Below, in pieces: positions 1 to 7,250 of a stretch of DNA of 64,000 nt. Every line of letters begins with the position of its first letter. The first letter of the stretch is position 1. The notes below the pieces were generated by a model that was not told where the DNA came from, made no database searches, and saw only the letters and a program-made list of their open reading frames with translations. A program made the translations under genes and the position numbers. Source of the DNA: an uncultured Pseudomonadales bacterium (GTDB lineage Bacteria; Patescibacteriota; Microgenomatia; UBA1400; PJMF01); the NCBI GenBank assembly GCA_964511345.1, contig CAZEEV010000002.1:66770-130769 (forward strand). The letters run 5' to 3'.

Positions 1-229
1 CATCTGGGTACTCTTTAACTTCATTATGGCTGGATTTACTTATATTACAGCTAATGGTGACAGCGGTGCTTACGCCAAAATTGGAGAAAAATTAGCCCTT
101 AGCGCCACTGGTTTATTGCTCATTGTCGCTTCTTACACTATCGCCGGTATCCTCGGATTACTAATTTTTGGCGATGCGACTTACATTATTAATCCACAAA
201 TACCAACAGCAATACCAACAGGTACCTAA
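1..229 (+). CDS. VirB2/TrbC-like T4SS pilin, 5'-truncated by the window edge
   Basis: The frame is open from position 2 (IWVLFNFIMAGFTYITANGD...). It carries the YITANGD...GLLLIVASY two-TM pilin pattern shared with the downstream paralogs. Confidence 0.75.
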   Translation, partial: IWVLFNFIMAGFTYITANGDSGAYAKIGEKLALSATGLLLIVASYTIAGILGLLIFGDATYIINPQIPTAIPTGT

Positions 230-231
230 TT

Positions 232-582
232 ATGGCAGACATCGGAACTATACAACCAATTACAGAAGCGAGAGCTCCAAAGACTTTGGACAATGCTGGC
301 TTTACCGATTCGCTAGAACTTTATATTAGCGACATCATTGGAGCAATTACTGTTTTAGCGGTATTATTCTTCCTTGTTTATTCCTTTTTAGCCGCTTATG
401 AATGGGTAACCGCTGGATCTGACAGTGGCAAAGTGGAAAAAGCTAAAAATAGATTTATTTGGGGAACTTTGGGACTAGTCTTAATTGTCGCTGCCTATGC
501 TATTGTTGGTTTAATTGGTAGCTTAATCGGTATTTCAGTCTTAAATCCAGGAGAATTATTTCAAAATATTATTCCTAAATAA
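232..582 (+). CDS. VirB2/TrbC-like T4SS pilin
   Basis: Two hydrophobic helices joined by WVTAGSDSGKVEKAKNRF. Confidence 0.8.
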   Translation: MADIGTIQPITEARAPKTLDNAGFTDSLELYISDIIGAITVLAVLFFLVYSFLAAYEWVTAGSDSGKVEKAKNRFIWGTLGLVLIVAAYAIVGLIGSLIGISVLNPGELFQNIIPK

Positions 583-605
583 AAACAAGTGAGTCTGATC
601 AAAAT

Positions 606-1022
606 ATGAAATTAAATAAAAAAACTCTTTTAGCTAGCCTTTTATCTTTGAGTATTTTTTTCTTAATGGTATCTTCTGCTCGAGCAGCCATCTCTAATCC
701 AGTGATAGGCGATCTCGGAACTAATGAAGGCGCTGAAGATGGCAGTAAATTTATCAATTACGTTGTCTATTTATGGAAAGTAAGTATTAATCTCGGAGCT
801 TTAGCTGTAATTGCTTATTTTATTTGGGGAGCAATTGAATGGATCACTGCTGGCTCTGATAGCAAAAAAACCGAAGGCGCCAGACAAAGAATGACTAATG
901 CTATCATTGGCTTAGTAATTTTGGTTTCCTCTTTTACCCTTCTCAGTTTCATCAGTAAGATATTCTTTGGAAATAGTTTTGATTTATTAAAACTAACCTT
1001 ACCAAGTCGATTGGGTAATTAA
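606..1022 (+). CDS. VirB2/TrbC-like T4SS pilin with signal peptide
   Basis: Signal peptide ending SSARA; WITAGSDSKKTEGARQRMTNAIIGL between two TM helices. Confidence 0.8.
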   Translation: MKLNKKTLLASLLSLSIFFLMVSSARAAISNPVIGDLGTNEGAEDGSKFINYVVYLWKVSINLGALAVIAYFIWGAIEWITAGSDSKKTEGARQRMTNAIIGLVILVSSFTLLSFISKIFFGNSFDLLKLTLPSRLGN

Positions 1023-1024
1023 AT

Positions 1025-1363
1025 ATGACAAGACAACTTGCACTTACATTAGACATTGCTGGCGAAGCACAAAGCCAAGATTTGCAGGGAGCACAATTTC
1101 ACAATACCAGTGACGGCGGTTTTGGTAATTGGTTTGGCAACATTATGACCGTGGCAATGACCTTAGCTGCTATTTTAGTTTTTGGTTTTCTGATCTGGGG
1201 AGCAGTGGAGTGGATCACTTCTGGAGGAGATAAAAGTAAAGTAGAAAGTGCTAGAAATAAAATTAGCAATGCCGTTATGGGCTTGATTGTTTTGGCAGCG
1301 GTAACCGCTCTGTTTGTTGTGGTAGAAGAATTCTTAGGAATAGATGTTTTGACATTTAATTAA
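1025..1363 (+). CDS. VirB2/TrbC-like T4SS pilin
   Basis: WITSGGDKSKVESARNKISNAVMGL motif between two TM helices. Confidence 0.8.
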   Translation: MTRQLALTLDIAGEAQSQDLQGAQFHNTSDGGFGNWFGNIMTVAMTLAAILVFGFLIWGAVEWITSGGDKSKVESARNKISNAVMGLIVLAAVTALFVVVEEFLGIDVLTFN

Positions 1364-1377
1364 AATTTAACTAAACT
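1349..1377 (+). promoter_or_regulatory. sigma70-type promoter for the 1424 pilin
   Basis: TTGACA (1349-1354), 17-nt spacer, TAAACT (1372-1377). AAGGAG Shine-Dalgarno at 1412-1417. Confidence 0.6.
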
Positions 1378-1423
1378 TGATATATAATAATTTAGAAATT
1401 TAATAAGTAAAAAGGAGCGATTT

Positions 1424-1828
1424 ATGAAATCAATTAAAAAACTTGCTTTGGCCACTGGAGCTGCCATGAGTAGCATGCTTGCTACTGCGTCAGTAGTAAT
1501 GGCAGATGTCAAAATTGATCCAATTGATACTGGCAAAGGTTATGCCACTAATTTTGGAACCATGTTTAGCTCTATTCTTAATGTAGTAATGCTTGTCGCT
1601 GCCATCTTGGTTTTTGCTTACATGATTTGGGGTGGCGTAGAGTGGATTACTTCTGGCGGAGATAAAAGTAAGGCTGAAAGTGCTAGAAACAAATTAACCG
1701 CTGCCATTATTGGTTTAGTGATTATTGCTGCTTCATATGCCGTAGTCACCTTAGTGGTTCAGTTCTTGGGCTTCAAAGATTTTAATGATGTCTTCAATAA
1801 TGTTGGAGATATTAACAACCCAAGGTAA
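1424..1828 (+). CDS. VirB2/TrbC-like T4SS pilin, probable major pilin
   Basis: Signal peptide and WITSGGDKSKAESARNKLTAAIIGL motif; own promoter, strong SD and terminator. Confidence 0.85.
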   Translation: MKSIKKLALATGAAMSSMLATASVVMADVKIDPIDTGKGYATNFGTMFSSILNVVMLVAAILVFAYMIWGGVEWITSGGDKSKAESARNKLTAAIIGLVIIAASYAVVTLVVQFLGFKDFNDVFNNVGDINNPR

Positions 1829-1843
1829 TCATCAAGAATTTAG

Positions 1844-1875
1844 AAAAACCCGCTTCTTAACCAAGCGGGTTTTTT
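1844..1875 (+). terminator. Intrinsic (possibly bidirectional) terminator
   Basis: AAAAACCCGCTT-cttaacc-AAGCGGGTTTTTT, a perfect 12-bp inverted repeat with a T tract, 16 nt after the pilin stop. Confidence 0.85.
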
Positions 1876-1925
1876 AATACTTAATTTTGCTTTAGGAAAA
1901 AATAAAGATATAATCTAAAAAAGAC

Positions 1926-2291
1926 ATGAAAATAATCCCACAAGCTTATGCTCAAACTAAAGAATGGTCAGAAATTGGCGCCGGTTGTGTCAGCGAAGAT
2001 GGCGTCGCCACGGTTCAAGGTTTTGGTTGCATGATGGCCAACGTGTTATCGGTCTTTTTAACCGTACTCGGCATTGTAGGATTTGTCATGATCATCTACG
2101 CAGCTTTCAACATGATGATTATGGGTGGTAATAGCCAAGCAACTGAGAAATCCAAAAATACCATTACCTATGCCATTATTGGGATTATTCTAGCCTTATC
2201 GTCTTTTATCATTATTAATCTAATTGCCAACTTCACTGGATTGGATGTGATTAAAAATTTCTCTATTCCTGGTTCTGGGAAGCAATGGTAA
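1926..2291 (+). CDS. VirB2/TrbC-like T4SS pilin with a Cys pair in the N-terminal extension
   Basis: MIMGGNSQATEKSKNTITYAIIGI motif, two TMs, and GC...GC in the N-terminal part. Confidence 0.8.
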   Translation: MKIIPQAYAQTKEWSEIGAGCVSEDGVATVQGFGCMMANVLSVFLTVLGIVGFVMIIYAAFNMMIMGGNSQATEKSKNTITYAIIGIILALSSFIIINLIANFTGLDVIKNFSIPGSGKQW

Positions 2292-2309
2292 AAACCAAGT
2301 CGGTTAAAC

Positions 2310-2987
2310 TTATTTTCCAAATCTTCTCTGTCTCTGCGCATAGTCTTCTAATGCTTTAGCAAATTCTTTTTCATTAAAATCAGGCATTAAAACATCGGTA
2401 AAATACAGCTCACTATAAACTGTTTGCCAAGTTAAAAAGCCAGATAATCGTTTTTCTCCACCGGGGCGAATTAATAAATCTGGATCAGGTAAAACAATCA
2501 TTTTTTGTGTATCCAAAAATTGCACAAAATTCTCTTTACCCGCTTGCACTGCTCTTTGGATTTCATCTCTGCCTCCATAATTAAGAGCAAAAGTCACAAT
2601 TAATTTTTGATTTTTTTTAGTTTCTTTCACCCAAAAATTAACTCCATCTTGAATATCTTTTGGAAAGCGACTCAAGTCACCGATAACAGCCACTCTCACT
2701 CCTTTTTTATGTAATTTTCCTGCACTTGTGGCAAAAGTTTCGCGAAAAAGATCCATTAATCCGCCCACTTCTTCTTGAGAACGCTGCCAATTTTCCGTAC
2801 TAAAAGCCCACAGAGTTAGATAACTAATTCCCTTAGCAATAGCAAAATCTGCTAAACGTTCAATAATTTCTTCGGCTACTTTACGATGACCCTTAATAAT
2901 CGATAGGCCATGTTGACGAGCCCAACGACGATTGCCATCCATAATAATTGCTACGTGTTGAGGAGTTAGTGATTTTATTTCTGCCAT
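2310..2987 (-). CDS. uppS: Undecaprenyl/polyprenyl diphosphate synthase
   Basis: HVAIIMDGNRRWA, FSTENW, YGGRDEI, DLLIRPGGEKRLSGF motifs. Confidence 0.95.
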   Translation of the reverse strand: MAEIKSLTPQHVAIIMDGNRRWARQHGLSIIKGHRKVAEEIIERLADFAIAKGISYLTLWAFSTENWQRSQEEVGGLMDLFRETFATSAGKLHKKGVRVAVIGDLSRFPKDIQDGVNFWVKETKKNQKLIVTFALNYGGRDEIQRAVQAGKENFVQFLDTQKMIVLPDPDLLIRPGGEKRLSGFLTWQTVYSELYFTDVLMPDFNEKEFAKALEDYAQRQRRFGK

Positions 2988-3556
2988 AAGATTAAAGATT
3001 GGTCAATTTTCTTAATAATTTCTGTGGTTCCCAAAAAAAGATTAAACCATGGAGCTAACTTCTTCTCCCCTATTTTTTTAAGTTTGAGATCATTCCAATT
3101 CTCCCAATCAATAGCACTTACTTCATCTAAATTGGGAGAGATTTCCAGATTAGCACTCGCCTTTTCATTTAAAATTGAAATAAAAAGATGATCAATTTCA
3201 TTTTCGCAGAAATCATCCTCACAAGAAACTTGATAATCAAAAACCATGAATTCTTTTACTGTTCCAATTTGGTTTAGGTCTATTCTTAATTCTTCAACTA
3301 ACCGCCGTCTGAGAGTTTGCGAATGATTCTCTCCAGGCACTACATTGGCACACAAAGTATTAGCCCACTGCATGGCTCCCACAATTTTTTGACCACTCCG
3401 TTGTTGTAATAAAAGTTCAAATTCTCCATTTTTATTTTTACGAAACAGAAATAAAGAAACAGCCTGATGTTTTTTACCATCACCTCGATGAGCATCTAGC
3501 AAATCAGTTTGACCAATTATTTTATCTTCAGAGTTAACTAAGTTCACTTGTCTCAT
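2975..3556 (-). CDS. idi: Isopentenyl-diphosphate delta-isomerase type 1 (NUDIX fold)
   Basis: DAH...HQAVSLFLF, LLLQQRS, WANTLC, ENEIDH, APWF motifs; overlaps the uppS start. ATG at 3556 preferred to TTG at 3562. Confidence 0.85.
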   Translation of the reverse strand: MRQVNLVNSEDKIIGQTDLLDAHRGDGKKHQAVSLFLFRKNKNGEFELLLQQRSGQKIVGAMQWANTLCANVVPGENHSQTLRRRLVEELRIDLNQIGTVKEFMVFDYQVSCEDDFCENEIDHLFISILNEKASANLEISPNLDEVSAIDWENWNDLKLKKIGEKKLAPWFNLFLGTTEIIKKIDQSLILWQK

Positions 3557-3613
3557 AAACAAAAGCTATTCTACTATGAATTTCTGACGAATGTTATAAT
3601 TGCCAGACGAAAC

Positions 3614-5857
3614 ATGCTAGATAAACAATACCAATCCCAAGATCACGAAGACCAAATCTACCAATTATGGCTAGATCATGATTGCTTTAATCCAGATAGC
3701 GAAATTAATCAAAAATTAAAGGCAAAGTCGAAAAAATCTCAAGAAAGTTTTTCGATTATTATGCCACCACCTAATGCCAATGATCCTTTGCACGTTGGCC
3801 ACGCCATGTTCGTCACTCTTGAGGATATTTTAATTCGTTTTGCCCGCATGCAAGGTAAAGACACTGTTTGGGTTCCGGGCACAGATCACGCTGGCATTGA
3901 GACTCAATTTGTTTACGAAAAAAAATTAAAAAAAGAAGGCAAAAGCCGTTTTAATTTTGATCGAGAAACTCTTTTCCAAATGATTTGGGATTATGTAAGT
4001 GAAAACTCCGCGATTGCTGTTGATCAAATTAAAAAACTTGGCGCCAGCGCAGATTGGAGCCGTTATAAATTTACCCTAGATAAAGACATTGTTAAAACTG
4101 TCATCGAAACCTTCATTAAAATGAATGGGGACGGATTGGTTTATCGTACCAATCGCTTGGTAAATTTTTGTCCCAAGTGTGGCACTGCTTTTAGCAATTT
4201 GGAGGTTGACCATAAAGAACAAAATGCTTCTCTTTATTACATCCAATATGGCCCTTTTGTATTAGCGACTACCAGACCAGAAACTAAGTTTGGCGACACT
4301 GGACTAGCTGTTCATCCAACTGACAAACGCTATCAACAATACGTCGGTAAAGAAATTGAAGTTGAGGGTCTGAATGGTAAATTTAAACTCAAAGTAATTG
4401 CCGATGAATTTGTCGATAAAGACTTTGGTACTGGGGTGGTGAAAATCACTCCTTATCATGATTTTAATGATTTTGCTGCCTGGCAAAGACACAAGGATGA
4501 ATTGCCAGATCCAATTCAAATTGTCGATTTTGAAGGACGTTTAACTAAAGCAGCTGGCAAATATGCTGGCCTTAAAATAGTTGTTGCCAGAGAACAAGTA
4601 GTTAAAGATCTAGAAGAAAAAGGCTTGTTAGTAAAAGTTGACAAAAATTACCATAACAATTTGAGTGTTTGTTATCGTTGTGGCAATCCAATTGAGCCGC
4701 TTCCCCTTCCTCAGTTTTATATTAAAGTTAAAGAACTTACTCAAGCAGTTATTGAAAAAATCGACCAAGGAGAAGTTAAGGTTTATGGCGCAGGTCATGA
4801 CAAAATTTTACGTCATTGGCTAGAAACTTTGGAAGATTGGAATATTAGCCGCCAGATTGTTTGGGGTATTCGTTTGCCAATTTGGTACAAAATTGATGAA
4901 AACCTGGATGCACAGATTACTTTTATCGATCATGAGCAGCAACGCATTAGCGGAAAGCTTGGAGAACTTTTAAAAAAGTATCAAATCGAGGATATTAGAA
5001 CTGGCTTGCAAAGTATAAATACAAGTGTAAGCGCAAAATACCTAATCATCAAAGAAAATCCAGGAAGTGAATACCTTCAAGAAACTGACACTTTTGACAC
5101 TTGGTTTTCTTCCAGTCAGTGGCCTTTTGTCACATTGATGAATAATAAACCAGGTGATTTTGAAAGATTCTACCCCACCAACACCATGGAAACTGCTTAT
5201 GACATTTTAATGTTCTGGGTAATGAGAATGTTAATGATGGGTATTTATAAAACTGGAAAAACTCCCTTTAAAAACGTTTATCTGCATGGACTGATTAGAG
5301 ACACTAAAGGACAAAAAATGAGCAAGAGTAAGGGCAATGTAGTCAATCCTATGGAAATCAGTGAAAAATATGGCACTGACGCGCTCAGAATGGCTCTTTC
5401 TATTCGTTCTTCCGCCGGTTTAGACAAATCTGTTGGCGACGGCGATTTCAAAGCTGCTCGCAACTTTAGCAATAAACTCTGGAATGCCAGTCGTTTTATT
5501 TTGATTACTAGAGAAGAAAGTGAAAATCATCAAAATTCTCCTTGCGCCAATGATCAAATTTTCAAGGACAAATTAAAGCAAATCACCAAAGACATTAATA
5601 AAAATCTAAATTCTTTTCAAATTGGTGTAGCTGCTGACACACTTTATAACGAATTTTGGCATTGGTTTTGCGATCAATGCATTGAAGAATCTAAAAAGGG
5701 ATTGATAAATCAATCTTTAATGTTCGATGGTCTAGTAACATTTCTAAAATTACTCCACCCCTTTATTCCCTTTGTCACTGAAGCAATTTGGCAAGAATTG
5801 GTTAAACAAAAACTGGTAGAGGAAGCAGTTCTTGCTAGCAGTATTTGGCCAGAATAG
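3614..5857 (+). CDS. valS: Valine--tRNA ligase (short form)
   Basis: PPPNANDPLHVGHA (HIGH), GTDHAGIETQ, DWNISRQIVWG, DTFDTWFSS, KMSKS. The likely start is ATG 3614 (MLDKQY) because the ORF-track start overlaps idi. Confidence 0.95.
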   Translation: MLDKQYQSQDHEDQIYQLWLDHDCFNPDSEINQKLKAKSKKSQESFSIIMPPPNANDPLHVGHAMFVTLEDILIRFARMQGKDTVWVPGTDHAGIETQFVYEKKLKKEGKSRFNFDRETLFQMIWDYVSENSAIAVDQIKKLGASADWSRYKFTLDKDIVKTVIETFIKMNGDGLVYRTNRLVNFCPKCGTAFSNLEVDHKEQNASLYYIQYGPFVLATTRPETKFGDTGLAVHPTDKRYQQYVGKEIEVEGLNGKFKLKVIADEFVDKDFGTGVVKITPYHDFNDFAAWQRHKDELPDPIQIVDFEGRLTKAAGKYAGLKIVVAREQVVKDLEEKGLLVKVDKNYHNNLSVCYRCGNPIEPLPLPQFYIKVKELTQAVIEKIDQGEVKVYGAGHDKILRHWLETLEDWNISRQIVWGIRLPIWYKIDENLDAQITFIDHEQQRISGKLGELLKKYQIEDIRTGLQSINTSVSAKYLIIKENPGSEYLQETDTFDTWFSSSQWPFVTLMNNKPGDFERFYPTNTMETAYDILMFWVMRMLMMGIYKTGKTPFKNVYLHGLIRDTKGQKMSKSKGNVVNPMEISEKYGTDALRMALSIRSSAGLDKSVGDGDFKAARNFSNKLWNASRFILITREESENHQNSPCANDQIFKDKLKQITKDINKNLNSFQIGVAADTLYNEFWHWFCDQCIEESKKGLINQSLMFDGLVTFLKLLHPFIPFVTEAIWQELVKQKLVEEAVLASSIWPE

Positions 5858-5870
5858 GTATGATTGAAAG

Positions 5871-6305
5871 GTGATAAATAAAATCACTTCAACCCTCCAA
5901 TTAGCATGTCTATGTTTTAGATTAACTTCTAATATTTTATTTTTTGGACTAAAACTTCTTTTAATTCGAGTTAAAGCACATAAAATCAACCCAGTTTTAT
6001 TTGTCATCTGCCTATTGTTGATTTGGCTTGGCAATTTATTGATTTATAACAAAAAAAGCACCCCCCAAACAGAAATCATTTTAGTTCCTGCTCTAAAACA
6101 GTCTCCAAATATTAGTTTGACAACAAAGCGTTTTTTATTAACAAAAAATAATGTGAAAAACTTATTAACAACCTACACTGAACTTGAGAAAAAAGATGTT
6201 AAAAATTTAGGTCTATATTTGAACTTAAGTCAACTTGAGAATGTGAACGGCAACGAACAGCTGGCACAAGAATATCTAGAACAAGCAAAAAACATTGCTC
6301 CATGA
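5871..6305 (+). CDS. Hypothetical membrane protein with a TPR-like C-terminal helix pair
   Basis: One TM segment and LYLNLSQLE...AQEYLEQAKNIAP; TATGAT lies 6 nt before the GTG. Confidence 0.6.
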   Translation: MINKITSTLQLACLCFRLTSNILFFGLKLLLIRVKAHKINPVLFVICLLLIWLGNLLIYNKKSTPQTEIILVPALKQSPNISLTTKRFLLTKNNVKNLLTTYTELEKKDVKNLGLYLNLSQLENVNGNEQLAQEYLEQAKNIAP

Positions 6306-6332
6306 TTATCACATAATTAATTTAGTGAAATC

Positions 6333-7025
6333 TTAAGATTCTGCAACTGGTTCAGTTGATTTTTGTTCGGCTGATTTATCACCTTCACCACCCTCTTCAG
6401 CTTTCTCACCAACTAATTCTGGTTCAACTAATTCACCGCTGGTTTCTTCCTCAATTACTTCTTCAGCTTTTTCTTGAACTAAAACTAGAACAACATCTTC
6501 AGGTTTTTCTTCTTCACCCAAAACTAGAGTTATTTTGCTCTTATCAAAGACTAAAGAATCCAGAGTAATACGGTCACCAATCGCTTTTAATTGACTTTGA
6601 TCAATTTCAAAATTGGCCGGCACGTCGGTTGGCAAAGCTTCGACTTCTACACTATCTTTAGCCAAAACCAAAACTCCATTGTCAACATCAAATTCGCCCA
6701 CCAACTCGATAGAAACGTCAGCGTGAATTTTCTCAGAAAGATTAATTTTTCTAAAAACCACGTGTAAAATTTCTTTACCAAAAACGTCATATTGAACTTC
6801 GTCAATTAAAACTGGTAATTCCTTTTGTTCGCCTTCAATTTGCAAATAAAGAATAGCATTTTCATTTAAATTGCGAATTAATTTGGTAAAAATACCATTA
6901 TTCAATTCTAAAGCAATTGATTCTTTACCTGCCTGATACATATTGGCAGGAATTAAACCTTCACGGCGCAATTGATTGTTTTTTTTATTTTGTTTTTTTG
7001 CAACAAGCAACTTAGTTTTTTCCAT
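6333..7025 (-). CDS. rplY: 50S ribosomal protein L25/CTC
   Basis: LRREGLIPANMY, VLIDEVQYD...ILHVVF, VEVEALPTDVP, acidic tail. Confidence 0.9.
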   Translation of the reverse strand: MEKTKLLVAKKQNKKNNQLRREGLIPANMYQAGKESIALELNNGIFTKLIRNLNENAILYLQIEGEQKELPVLIDEVQYDVFGKEILHVVFRKINLSEKIHADVSIELVGEFDVDNGVLVLAKDSVEVEALPTDVPANFEIDQSQLKAIGDRITLDSLVFDKSKITLVLGEEEKPEDVVLVLVQEKAEEVIEEETSGELVEPELVGEKAEEGGEGDKSAEQKSTEPVAES

Positions 7026-7250
7026 ACTTTTAGATTAAGACCTTTCCTAGTTAACAGGCAGTTATTCTATCACAGCTGAATCAGACTTAAAAGCCAAGGT
7101 AAAAATTGTCTAATTAAAATAATGATTTTGTTAACAAACTATATCAAACTAAAAAACAATTTTTTGTAAGAAAAAATATAAAAAAAGATTGATAGACAAG
7201 TTTGTTATTGCAATGAACACAAGAATCGCACGTGAAAATTTAACACAAAT

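Noticed and set aside
3548-3613. ORF-track N-terminal extensions of valS, and similarly 25250, 30317, 54980 and 55699
   Set aside because: They overlap neighbouring genes or promoter elements; downstream ATGs fit family N-termini and -10 positions better.
7026-7250. ncRNA or riboswitch upstream of rplY
   Set aside because: A-rich with no stable stems; adequately explained as a promoter region (TGATAGAAT extended -10 on the minus strand).
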